In this document: in pieces, positions 1 through 9,412 of the stretch | Position numbering within the stretch: position 1 is the first letter of the stretch | Layout: each line of letters begins with the position of its first letter | Assembly (NCBI GenBank): GCA_021208265.1 | Contig: JAJOJU010000004.1 | Location: 34,688-98,687, forward strand | From: Alphaproteobacteria bacterium | GTDB taxonomy: Bacteria > Pseudomonadota > Alphaproteobacteria > Micavibrionales > Micavibrionaceae | Direction: 5' to 3' | Length of the DNA: 64,000 bases | The notes under the pieces: model-generated | Database searches by the model: none | Told to the model about the DNA's origin: nothing | The model's input: only the letters and a program-made list of their open reading frames with translations | Position numbers and translations under genes: made by a program

Positions 1-92
1 TTGATTATCATTAATCCCGTTGCAAGCAACGGAATGTGCAAAGCACATTTACTTTTTCATTATTACCATCTTACTGCGGCAATGCTCTCTGG

Positions 93-129
93 AAGACATG
101 ATTCACCCACTAGGAATGAATCATGTCTT
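93..129. repeat. Perfect 13-bp inverted repeat AAGACATGATTCA / TGAATCATGTCTT with an 11-nt spacer
   Basis: Read directly: arms at 93-105 and 117-129, spacer CCCACTAGGAA. No T-tract follows, so it is not an obvious terminator. It lies in non-coding DNA of the AT-rich element. Confidence 0.6.
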
Positions 130-313
130 GATCATCTGCGTCTAAAGCTTCTATCAGACAGCGTATAACTCTAACCTTTTTGGGGTTGCGGGCGGTAAGC
201 CGATCTCCGCATTACTGAGCGATTCATCTTACGGTATCTCAAAGGTGCTATACGCTCGACATCCCATGAGATTGAAGGTTACGATTCCTTCGTCGTGACG
301 ATAATTATAGAAG

Positions 314-643
314 ATGAGGATTATAAGCAAGTCGAACAAACCTTTATTTTTAGTTCTTGCCGCTTATGAACCATCTTTATGGAAGGTGGATATTGATGAT
401 GACGCTCAGGTGGCTGGTGTATTGGTAAGCGGCTACTATGAGCAAGAGATACAGGGCGTCTCTGGCAATATCAGAGTTGTTAATTATTCATTGAACGATT
501 TGGATTATGCACTGAAGTTCTATGGAACGGGCGAAAAAAGATCGGAAATCAAAATGAAAAAAGTTGTAAACTCTCTCTTGGGCAGGGAGGTAGACGTTTA
601 TCACGGCCCAGATGAAGAGAATAAAGGCTTTGAAGTGAAATAA
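314..643 (+). CDS. Hypothetical protein (109 aa), island cargo
   Basis: Only an open reading frame in the AT-rich region. I recognise no motif. Confidence 0.35.
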   Translation: MRIISKSNKPLFLVLAAYEPSLWKVDIDDDAQVAGVLVSGYYEQEIQGVSGNIRVVNYSLNDLDYALKFYGTGEKRSEIKMKKVVNSLLGREVDVYHGPDEENKGFEVK

Positions 644-795
644 AGGATTTCAGCTTTCAAAATCATTTGATTGAAATCCAGACTTCATAAGCAGCAAAAC
701 CCTCCACTAGCTTCATTTTTGCGAATTAAAGTGCCTAGGAATTTTTCTATGGAAAAAAATCTTTATGCTCTAATGTCAGCTTAAAGGTAGTTCAA

Positions 796-2425
796 ATGGC
801 AAAAGCTCAAGAAACACTGCACATATACACGCGCGTTTCAACAGAAGCGCAGGAGGAAAAAGGGACTTCGCTTGACTCCCAAAGAGCTCTCGGTATCAAA
901 GAGGCGGAAAAGCTAGGGTTTAAGTATCAAATATGGAATGAAGGTGGCGCAAGCTCGCATTATGAGGATTTCTCTAACAGGCCAGAACTCCTGAATCTCC
1001 TTCATAAGATCGACGCTGGTCAAGTTAAGCATATATGGGTCTATAACAATGACCGGCTCTCCAGAAATGAAATAACTGCCCAAACTATTCGGGCCAAACT
1101 GCGGAAAAATGGGGTTACCCTTCATACCAGGGATGGAACGTTTGATTTAAACAACGCGCAGGATAACCTCATCAAAACAATTTTGGACGGGCTGGCAGAG
1201 TTTGATAATGCTTTACGGGCTGACAGAACGCGTCTTGGTAAGTTAAATCGCGTAAAAGAAAACTTTTGGATGGGCGGCCCACCGCCATATGGCTATCAGA
1301 TTAAAGAAAAAAGGCTGGTTATTCATCCTGAAGAGGCCAAATGGGTTGAACATATTTTCGCTTGGTATCAAACCGGAGTTTCTACTGAGAAGATAAAAGG
1401 GGCGCTAGACAAAAATGATGTTCCCACAAGACACCGAAAAGGTAATTGGACACTGGGGTCTATTCAAAAAATTCTGCAAAATACCCACTCTATTGGGCAT
1501 TACTATTACACGGACAAAAAATCAGTGAAACGATACAAAATGACGAGTGTCCAGCGATCATAAATTTCACCCTCTGGAACAAATGCCAAGAAATCCGGAA
1601 GGAGACTTTACTCCGAAAAGGCCAGAATAACAGGACAAAGAGATTCTATCTGTTGCGTAATTATCTATATTGCGGACATTGCGGTTCTGCTATGGCAGGA
1701 CGCGTTATCTCCTCGAAGAGCGAGAATTTATACTATTGTCCACATAAGGAAAGAAACTGGGTTAAAAAACGCCCCTAAAAAATGAAGATAAGTGGGTTCG
1801 CAGCAAGGGATGTACAATGGCTCGCTCCCTTAATATCGCTCAGACAGATGATTTGGTTTTAAAAGCTATACAAGAAACACAAGCCAACTCTAATTTTTAT
1901 CAGCATATTGCTAAGTCTTACTACGATTTCAGAGGCCATCAGCTAGAAAAAGAAGGAACTGATTTAATTCAGGCAACAAAGCGAAAAAAGGAAAGCTTCC
2001 AAAAAGAACTGAAGGGCGTGCTTCAAAACATTGCTGATGTTGAAACTGCCAAAATTTTACAGAAGCAAGATCCTTTTGTGGCAAAGAAGGTTCTGGAAAA
2101 TTTAAATTCACTCAAAGATGAGCTTATGCAAAACATTGAGCAGACTGAATTTAAGATACGAGAATTACATGACCAAAAACGGGTCTTTAACTGGCTCGAG
2201 GAATTCAAAAATGACATTGCCCTTCCTCCAAACAGCTCTGATTCGCAAAAACGGTCATATCTGAGCGGATTGGTTAAAAGAATAGACGTTTATTATGATT
2301 CTGAATTGAATGAACATAAGCTGGATATTCATTTTATGCTGCCTCTTGCAAACAGACCTGTAGGCGAAACCAAAAGTCCCTTTGAATATAAGAACACGTC
2401 CGTAATAATAAAAAAAAACCGATAA
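796..2425 (+). pseudogene. Large serine recombinase (resolvase domain, recombinase domain, zinc ribbon, coiled coil), interrupted by two 1-nt frame breaks
   Basis: Three consecutive ORFs (796-1563, 1446-1778, 1817-2425) join into about 540 aa. The N-terminus HIYTRVSTEAQ carries the catalytic Ser. GPPPYGY and a recombinase domain follow. The zinc ribbon is YCGHCGSAMAG...YYCPHK, followed by a C-terminal coiled coil. Breaks are near 1525 and in the A6 run at 1764-1769; A7 there restores VKKTPLKNEDKWVRSKGCTMARSL. Confidence 0.85.
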
Positions 2426-2485
2426 GGCTTGAGGAAAGCGGGAATGCCACCCCACTTACCACACAACTCAGTCACGGTGGAGTAA

Positions 2486-3396
2486 TCAGGCGCGCTTTAA
2501 AACAAGCGTTGTCCATTTACCGATATCGATACGGTTTTTTAAGGTAATCCCCAGCGCCGTATAGGCTGCCGCCACTTCATCGGCCTGTTCGTTCAGCATG
2601 CCGGAGAGGATTAGAATTCCATTATCATCCAGCACAGTAATGGCATCCCTTGCCATCTCGATCAATGGCCCGGCAAGGATATTAGCGATGATCAGATCAA
2701 ACGGCCCGCGTTCAGGCACCAGATCATCCGCAAACCCGTCACCCACATGCACGAAAATCCCACCCTTCGCGCCTTTGGGCACACCATTAAGTTCGCGGTA
2801 TTTGCGTGCACGCGGATCGATTCTTCTTCGATATCAACGGCCGTCACCGGCGTATCCCAAAGCTTATAAGCGGCGATGGCCAGAATGCCCGAACCCGTGC
2901 CCATATCAAGCACATTCCACGGGCAAAAACCGGAACCTTTTAAGTCCAGCATCGCCTGCAAACAGCCCTTGGTCGTACCGTGTTCACCGGACCCAAAAGC
3001 GGTGACAGCATCGATCAGCAAACCAATCTGCCCTTCCGGCACGTCATCTTCATAATGAGAGCCATAGATAAAGAATGGCCCTACGGAAAAGGGCTGGAAT
3101 TTTTGGTAAACCTGCTCCAGCCAATTCACATCAGGCAGTTCTTCGGTTGTGATCTGAGAGAGCGCTAACGGCGTATCGATGTCATATATATCGGCCTGCA
3201 CCAGAAGGCGGGCCAAAACATCGTTAGCGGCAGGCGGCGGATTTTCAAAAAACCATTCCAGAAGCCAGGGGTTCTGATGGTCGTTATCCTGACGCCGTGC
3301 GCCATAACTTGAAGATTCCTCGTGCAGGACCTGCCCCATATAGTCCAGCTTTTCATCCGGAAAATCAGCAGGCAAGGTCAAGCGGATTGCAAACAC
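2486..3396 (-). pseudogene. prmA: Ribosomal protein L11 methyltransferase PrmA, one frame break
   Basis: ORFs 2692-3396 and 2486-2782 join. SAM-binding motif VLDMGTGSGILAIAA. C-terminal DLIIANILAGPLIEMA. The frame break is near 2818-2830 (TAVDI...DPRARKYRELNGVPKG). Confidence 0.85.
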
Positions 3397-3402
3397 AGGG
3401 CT

Positions 3403-3825
3403 TTACCGGTCGTCTTCGTCCAGATCAGCATCGATATCGAGATCATCATCTTCATCACCCATGCCGTCGTCATCATCAAGATCATCGATATCAGCCAAAT
3501 CTTCAGCATCCATATCCAGATCGGGATCAGCCTCGTCATCCTCAACGTCATCGCCGTCATCACCTTCAGCAACATCGTCCAGACTGACCAGATCGTCATC
3601 GACTTCGATATCGCCCTCATCCTCAACCACTTTTTTCTTGGTTTCTTCCGCCAGCGCATCATTCACCACCGCGGCGCGGGAACGGCGGGTTTTTACCTTG
3701 ATTTCGCCGGTAAATTCCGTCTCACAATTGGGACAAACAATCGGGCGATTGTTCATATCATAAAACCGCGTACCGCAGCTCATGCAAATTCTTTTAAGAC
3801 CGCGGGGATCCAGTGCCAGAGTCAC
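3403..3825 (-). CDS. FYDLN-type zinc-ribbon protein with a long acidic tail (TIGR02300-like)
   Basis: The N-terminus CMSCGTRFYDMN...CPNC is a 4-Cys ribbon with the family-defining FYDxN. The C-terminal ~60 aa are almost entirely D/E. Its stop lies 6 nt (3397-3402) upstream of the prmA start, on the same strand. Confidence 0.75.
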   Translation of the reverse strand: MTLALDPRGLKRICMSCGTRFYDMNNRPIVCPNCETEFTGEIKVKTRRSRAAVVNDALAEETKKKVVEDEGDIEVDDDLVSLDDVAEGDDGDDVEDDEADPDLDMDAEDLADIDDLDDDDGMGDEDDDLDIDADLDEDDR

Positions 3826-3988
3826 GTTCTTCTCTCCTTTTTATAAATTATATTTCATGTCCTTAGCTGCATGATTTTTAAGGCCGTGTCAATTCGGTTT
3901 GCATTTTTCTTCACGGCAGGCATAGACCGGGAGAGCATAAGATTATATCTTATTTAAGTAGATATTCTTATTCACGGGAGACTTCCTC

Positions 3989-5116
3989 ATGCATACCCCT
4001 GTTGTAATTTGCGGCTTTAAACGATCCCCCATGCACTTTGCCAATAAGGGCGCTCTGGCAGGTGTCCGGCCTGATGATATGGCAGCAGCCGTTATCAAGG
4101 CACTGATCAAGGATACGGGCGTCAAGGCGGAAGATATCGAAGATCTTTTCATGGGCTGCGCCTTCCCGGAAGCCGAACAAGGTTTTAACCTGGCCCGCAT
4201 TGTTGTAAACCTTGCTGATCTGCCTATTTCCATCGGCGGCGCTACCGTAAACCGTTTTTGCGGATCAAGCATGACGTCCATCCATATGGCAGCAGGCGCC
4301 ATTCAGATGGGCGCGGGTGATGTCTTTATCTGTGCCGGAGTTGAGAGCATGAGCCGCATTCCGATGGGTGGTTTTAACCCCATGCCGAACCCGGCCCTGT
4401 TTGAGAAATATCCGCAGGCCTATATTGCCATGGGGGAGACCGCAGAAAATCTGGCGAATAAATACAAAATCAGCCGGGCAGAGCAGGATAAATTCGCTGC
4501 TGCCTCTCATCAGAAGGCAGCAAAAGCCGCAGCTTCGGGAAAATTTAAAGATGAAATTGTTCCGATTGGGGATGTGAAAGCGGATGGCACCATCCGCCCC
4601 GATACCACGGCCGAAACGCTGGCAGGCTTAAAACCCGCCTTCCTGGCGGATGGATCGGTAACAGCCGGAACATCATCCCCGCTGACCGATGGGGCTGCTG
4701 CGGTCCTGGTGGCCTCCGAAGCCTATGCCAAGAAACACAAGCTGCCCATTCTGGCCCGTATTAAATCCGTTGCCGTTTCCGGCTGCGCTGCCGAAATTAT
4801 GGGGATCGGCCCCGTACCCGCCACACAAAAAGCTCTGGCCCGCGCAGGCATCGCCCTGAAAGATCTTGATATTGTAGAGCTGAATGAAGCCTTCGCCGCA
4901 CAATCATTATCCGTACTCAAAGAGCTCGGCGTTGATGAAAAGAAAGTCAACCTTGATGGCGGAGCTATTGCGCTCGGTCACCCACTTGGCACATCAGGCG
5001 CCCGTATCACCGGTAAGGCAGCGAGTCTTCTAAAGCGCGAGGGTAAAAAATATGCGCTTGCCACTATGTGTATTGGCGGCGGACAAGGCATCGCTACCAT
5101 TCTGGAAAAAGTTTAG
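3989..5116 (+). CDS. Acetyl-CoA C-acyltransferase (3-ketoacyl-CoA thiolase)
   Basis: 375 aa. Thiolase signatures: NRFCGSSM (acyl-enzyme Cys), NLDGGAIALGHPLGTSGARI, and MCIGGGQG near the C-terminus. Confidence 0.9.
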   Translation: MHTPVVICGFKRSPMHFANKGALAGVRPDDMAAAVIKALIKDTGVKAEDIEDLFMGCAFPEAEQGFNLARIVVNLADLPISIGGATVNRFCGSSMTSIHMAAGAIQMGAGDVFICAGVESMSRIPMGGFNPMPNPALFEKYPQAYIAMGETAENLANKYKISRAEQDKFAAASHQKAAKAAASGKFKDEIVPIGDVKADGTIRPDTTAETLAGLKPAFLADGSVTAGTSSPLTDGAAAVLVASEAYAKKHKLPILARIKSVAVSGCAAEIMGIGPVPATQKALARAGIALKDLDIVELNEAFAAQSLSVLKELGVDEKKVNLDGGAIALGHPLGTSGARITGKAASLLKREGKKYALATMCIGGGQGIATILEKV

Positions 5117-5211
5117 GACAATATCCCTTTTTATTGTCTGGATTTGGTTTTTATTAAGAGTTATCGATCATTATATTCGTACAATTTATTTACAGGTTTC
5201 AATGTTAGCTC

Positions 5212-6372
5212 ATGCCCGTCAGTAGCACTTTACAAGTACTTGGTATAAAAGAAGAAACTGAACTGGGACATGCCGGTTCGATCGTTGTGGAACAGGTTAA
5301 AGATTATATTCAGAAATCGCAGGACGGTGCGTCTGAAAAAAATGCACAGAAAGAAGAAGACGCCCTGCGCACGCTTTATGAGCTGTTCTTTGAATATACC
5401 CTGTCATGGGTAGGAGCAGAACGTAAGAAATTTGCCAAGGAACCTAACCACCCCAAGGCCATGGATTTACGCAAGAAAGCCAGTACGGCCTTGGCTGATC
5501 TGCAAGCCGGCATGATTAAATACGCCATCTGTTACATGCGCCTTAGCCGCTCCGGGGGGATCGTCCAGCACGAGATCGAGACCACCACCGCGCCTGTCGA
5601 AAACGGCGTCCAGTGGACAGCAGAATCAGGTGTTCTTCTTGGGCGCTTCAGAAAAGAAAAGATTATGCTGGAGGAGGCCAATAAACGCCTGAACCAAGCT
5701 ATAAAGCTTTTGAAACCCTTTGAAGATGATTGCGCAGCCTTTGAAGAAGCCTGCAAGAGTTTTTACGGCGAAGAACCGGCAGAGGACTTGCTTCGCCCTA
5801 TGCGGTCTTCCCTGCGGACACAGGATTTTACCCGCGCAGAAAAAGCCTTGGCAGCCATTCCTGAAGCAAAAACCCGCTTCGGCGTTGATAAAAATAAGGT
5901 CAAACAGGCCTACGGCAAACTGATTCCCCGCATGAAAGCTTACATAAAAATCTTTAAAGACCAGCCTGAGACTTTTTTAAGCTCGGAAGCAAAATTGTTT
6001 TTACGCGGTTCGGAAATTCGTCTGGTGTTGCAGGCACAGGAAAAGGAAGTGGAACAGCGCCGTGCCTATATCAACAAATACCACCAGCCTTACCTGCATC
6101 ATAAAAAATCTTCCATCCTTCATTTACGGGAAAAGCTTCTGGTGATCGGCTCCATCGAAAGCCTTATGACACTTTACATACGGATGATGCGCGGCTTCGC
6201 CCTGCCCATCAAAGATGAAAAAGCCGTACGGGAATATGAACATATGGTGCTGGAAAATATTGATTTCCTGATGGCAGGTCAGTTTCAGGAAATTGACCGT
6301 ATTGAGGAGCGCAACACTGATGCTATGGAAGAATTCGCCAAGAGCGTCATGTCATACAATAAACACGGCTAA
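5212..6372 (+). CDS. Hypothetical protein, 386 aa, charge-rich (helical content not assessed)
   Basis: Long uninterrupted ORF with composition typical of the window. No recognisable motif. Confidence 0.5.
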   Translation: MPVSSTLQVLGIKEETELGHAGSIVVEQVKDYIQKSQDGASEKNAQKEEDALRTLYELFFEYTLSWVGAERKKFAKEPNHPKAMDLRKKASTALADLQAGMIKYAICYMRLSRSGGIVQHEIETTTAPVENGVQWTAESGVLLGRFRKEKIMLEEANKRLNQAIKLLKPFEDDCAAFEEACKSFYGEEPAEDLLRPMRSSLRTQDFTRAEKALAAIPEAKTRFGVDKNKVKQAYGKLIPRMKAYIKIFKDQPETFLSSEAKLFLRGSEIRLVLQAQEKEVEQRRAYINKYHQPYLHHKKSSILHLREKLLVIGSIESLMTLYIRMMRGFALPIKDEKAVREYEHMVLENIDFLMAGQFQEIDRIEERNTDAMEEFAKSVMSYNKHG

Positions 6373-6375
6373 CAA

Positions 6376-7152
6376 TTACCGCCCGATCTGGGATTCAAGA
6401 AGCTTTATCCGCCCCTCGTAAATCTGGCGCTGCTCTTCCAGCTTGCGCTCCGCGGCATTTACGGCATCTTCCATTTCCGCCAGACGCGCCAGCTGAGCTT
6501 CCTGCGTGACTTGCGGATCAAACAGCATGGCTTCCAGCTTATCTTTCTCTGCCTTGCACTGGGCACGTTCCTTCTGGATTTGCTGCCCCAGCCTGTCAAT
6601 CTGGCGCTTTGCTTCATTATAGCGAGAAGTAGATTGTTCCAGATTCCAGTTATCGGACTCAATCGCCACTTTTTCCTGTTTACCTTGTTCCAGCGCGAAA
6701 GACAGCTCGGCCTCCAGCTCCACATTTTCTTTGGTCAAAGCCGTAAGTTGCTGTTCCAGAATTTGAACCTTCTTTTCCAGAGCGCTTCCCGCCACGGGTG
6801 CCGCAGAGGCCGCAGAAGCCGGCGGCGTAGGATATAAAACCGGGCGCTTCGATGCGGCAGGTTGTGCAATCGGCGCAGGGGCAGAGGAGTTGCGCCCCGG
6901 CGCCACAGCAGGAACTTTATGAACTTCTATCATCCCCGAAACGGGAGATGGTTTTGCAGGAGCTTGCGGCACAAACGCAGGCTCCGCCACCGGGACCGGC
7001 ATAGGCGGAATATAGGCATCCGGCGCATCAGGGTCAGGAACATAAACCCCCATCGGCTCATCCGGCGTTAGCGGTAAATCAGCGGTGCTGTTTTGTGCTT
7101 CCTGTTTTTCACGCAATATATCAAGCCAGCTTTTACCACGGCGCGGCGGCAT
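6376..7152 (-). CDS. Hypothetical protein: Pro-rich N-terminal half plus a probable C-terminal coiled coil
   Basis: 258 aa. Residues ~30-120 are P/A-rich. The C-terminal ~135 aa have a heptad-like E/K/Q/L composition (LEKKVQILEQQLTALTKENVELEAEL...). Confidence 0.5.
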   Translation of the reverse strand: MPPRRGKSWLDILREKQEAQNSTADLPLTPDEPMGVYVPDPDAPDAYIPPMPVPVAEPAFVPQAPAKPSPVSGMIEVHKVPAVAPGRNSSAPAPIAQPAASKRPVLYPTPPASAASAAPVAGSALEKKVQILEQQLTALTKENVELEAELSFALEQGKQEKVAIESDNWNLEQSTSRYNEAKRQIDRLGQQIQKERAQCKAEKDKLEAMLFDPQVTQEAQLARLAEMEDAVNAAERKLEEQRQIYEGRIKLLESQIGR

Positions 7153-7186
7153 GACATCAGCGGGGCGGGAGGCTTATTGAAATCCG

Positions 7187-8983
7187 TTAAATCAACTTCC
7201 ATTGATTTTGTCTGGCGATTGACCTTGGGCTCAGCGTTTGAGCCGATGTCGGCGGATCTACTTTCAGAACCGGCGCCGGGTTTTCCACCGGAGCCATACC
7301 GGGGGCGTGCTGCGGAAGAACCGGGATGGGAGGCGCCCCCGCCGGAGGCGCCGGTTGGCTTAATATATCAGCCAGAGCTTTTTCTTCCGCCGAACCTCGC
7401 TTTACCAGCGGCGCCACAAGCGGTTTCAATTCATATTGCTGCCCGGCTTCCGGGATATCTTGCATCGGCGGCACTTCCAAACCGGGGCCGACAGGCGGGT
7501 TTTCTTGTTCCAGCTGCTGTTTGAGATCAGGCCGCAAACGACCCTCATCGCTCATTTCTTCGTATTGCTGCGCCATATCATCAGCCAACATTTGCGTCAG
7601 GCGCTTGTTGCTAATTTTTTCGCGGCGCGGACCGGGGGCAAGAACCCCGGAAGGCTGATAATCCCCTTCCGGGGTAATCACTTCCAGGGCTTCCGTTTGT
7701 TTGGGAATCTGGCGGGGCTCTGACCTTGCTGAAGGCGGCATTGTTGTTACCTGTAAGGCAGGTGTTTTTTCCGGCGCTTTCAGGCGGGTGGATAGACTGC
7801 CATCCGGCTGCGGCGGCATCACCATCATCATTTCCTGCTGATACTTATCCAGTGCAGCTCTCGATTTCGCAATCGCTTCAGGGGAAGGCGCGCCAATCAC
7901 TGGCTCGGAATCGGGGAAGGGCGACGGCGCTTGTATTTCATCCAAACGGCGTGGCGGCGGTGGCGGGGCACGCCCGGTTTCCTGATCCAGATTAGTGCTG
8001 CGTAAAACGGTATTATCCGGACCGTCCTGATCCTGACTGGCGGCATAAGGTGCCTGCGGTGCGTTCACAGCTTCGGGCGTGACAGTCTGCGCCGCACGAC
8101 GCATTCGGCGGCCCTTGGGCGCCCGTTCATCAACGGAATATGACGGAACAGGGACGGACGGTGCAAATTGCGGTTCCGGAGAGGAAGATAGAACAGGGCC
8201 GCGCACGGCATCCGGCGGCAAGGGCGGCAATGTTTCCGGAGGGATAGCCGGCACTTCATCCACCACCTCAACCTCTTCTTCAATTATCAAAGCCGGGGTA
8301 GGCGTTGGTAATGCAGGAGATACAACAGCTTGCGGCATAGAAGGCCGAATAGACTCGGCCGGCATGTCAACTGCCGCAGGCGGCTGCACCGGCATGACCG
8401 GTATATCCAATACCGGTACGGGAATATCAACAGAAGCCCGCGGGCTGGCATGGCTTTGCATACACTGCGCCAGCGTTGGCAAAGCCAGCGCGAAACCATT
8501 GAGATAAAAACGGAACTGGTTATCAGCGCCCATGCTGAAATCCATCACGCCCGCCGTTTTAATAGCATCAAACAGGGCCCCCTGACCCTGAAAATTAATC
8601 GCCAACAATTCAGGTTTAAATGCCACCGCAGGCAGAACGCTTTTTAAAACCCCCGGCGCGGAAATACCAACATTCGCGGTCGTACCTGCCGCAAAAACAT
8701 CCTGCCGAAAATTGATGCTAATGCTGTTGATTCCTTCCTGCGCTGCCGTCATCTGGATGAAAAACCCGTTATTAAACGGCGCGGCGATGGTACATATTTT
8801 GGCGCCGCTTTGTGGGTCCTGCAGGGATTTAACCTCCCACACGGCTGCCGGGTGGAAATAAACAGGGGCCGAGACCGCCGCAGAATCAGGCTTTTCCTGC
8901 GCCACAGCAGGCGCAAATCCACCCAGCATCCCAAGAGCGGAACACAGCATGCAAACCTTGCGGGCAGAATGTAAAATAGTCAT
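7187..8983 (-). CDS. Secreted protein with a ~160-aa N-terminal globular domain and a ~400-aa proline-rich, low-complexity (probably disordered) region
   Basis: Signal peptide MLCSALGMLGGFAPAVAQ. Beyond about residue 190 the sequence is a P/A/S/Q-rich low-complexity tract. Several antisense ORFs in this span are composition artefacts. Confidence 0.5.
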   Translation of the reverse strand: MTILHSARKVCMLCSALGMLGGFAPAVAQEKPDSAAVSAPVYFHPAAVWEVKSLQDPQSGAKICTIAAPFNNGFFIQMTAAQEGINSISINFRQDVFAAGTTANVGISAPGVLKSVLPAVAFKPELLAINFQGQGALFDAIKTAGVMDFSMGADNQFRFYLNGFALALPTLAQCMQSHASPRASVDIPVPVLDIPVMPVQPPAAVDMPAESIRPSMPQAVVSPALPTPTPALIIEEEVEVVDEVPAIPPETLPPLPPDAVRGPVLSSSPEPQFAPSVPVPSYSVDERAPKGRRMRRAAQTVTPEAVNAPQAPYAASQDQDGPDNTVLRSTNLDQETGRAPPPPPRRLDEIQAPSPFPDSEPVIGAPSPEAIAKSRAALDKYQQEMMMVMPPQPDGSLSTRLKAPEKTPALQVTTMPPSARSEPRQIPKQTEALEVITPEGDYQPSGVLAPGPRREKISNKRLTQMLADDMAQQYEEMSDEGRLRPDLKQQLEQENPPVGPGLEVPPMQDIPEAGQQYELKPLVAPLVKRGSAEEKALADILSQPAPPAGAPPIPVLPQHAPGMAPVENPAPVLKVDPPTSAQTLSPRSIARQNQWKLI

Positions 8984-9101
8984 GAGCCTTACGATAGATA
9001 CTTCGTTAGAAAAGACAATGTGGCTATCACTTTAACACCCCCTGTAATGCCCGACAATTTCTTTTGCCTATTATTAACAGGAACCATGATATGCTGATGA
9101 T

Positions 9102-9403
9102 ATGAGTCTCGACATGGTAAAAAGTCAGATCCAGCAAAAGCTTTCCTTCGCAGGGGCTTAAACGCTCGCGTCAAATTTGACTTTGGCGACAATGGGCGAA
9201 TTTTTGTCGACACCACACAAGCGCCGCCTGTCATTAATGATAGCGATGATGAGGCTGATGTAACGCTATCCTGCACGCTGGATACATTCGAAGGCTTCCT
9301 GAACGGTACACAAAACCCCAATCTGGCCTTCATGATGGGCAAGCTGAAGGTTAAGGGTTCCATGGGCCTAGCCATGAAGCTCAATGCCATATTGGAAGAT
9401 TAG
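9102..9403 (+). pseudogene. SCP2 sterol-carrier-like domain protein, one frame break; absent from the ORF track
   Basis: My translation: ATG 9102 gives MSLDMVKSQIQQKLSFAG, with a stop at 9159-9161. Shifting frame at the G4 run 9153-9156 gives GLNARVKFDFGDNGRIFVDT...TLSCTLDTFEGFLNGTQNPNLAFMMGKLKVKGSMGLAMKLNAILED, stop 9401-9403. MGKLKVKG-MGLAMKL is the classic SCP2 C-terminus. Confidence 0.6.
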
Positions 9404-9412
9404 AAAAATCTT

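Larger units (their letters stand above)
1..2455. mobile_element. Right-hand end of an AT-rich integrated element or genomic island, bounded by a large serine recombinase gene and abutting the 3' end of prmA
   Basis: By eye, base composition is clearly more AT-rich in 1-2455 than after 2486. The recombinase gene is the last gene before the conserved prmA. No tRNA lies at the junction. The left boundary is outside the window. Confidence 0.45.

Noticed and set aside
2426-2485. Search for a tRNA or tmRNA integration target next to the serine recombinase
   Set aside because: No cloverleaf-compatible sequence or tRNA-like T-loop (GTTCRANYC) was found here or in any other intergenic region of the window.
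3403-3600. Apparent GAT/GTC-rich microsatellite-like DNA
   Set aside because: It is the coding sequence of the poly-Asp/Glu tail of the FYDLN-type protein. The repeats are degenerate and stay in frame, so this is not a simple tandem repeat locus.
8989-9390. 133-aa minus-strand ORF in the ORF track
   Set aside because: It has no recognisable features. The opposite strand encodes a convincing SCP2-domain protein (9102-9403) once a 1-nt indel is allowed.
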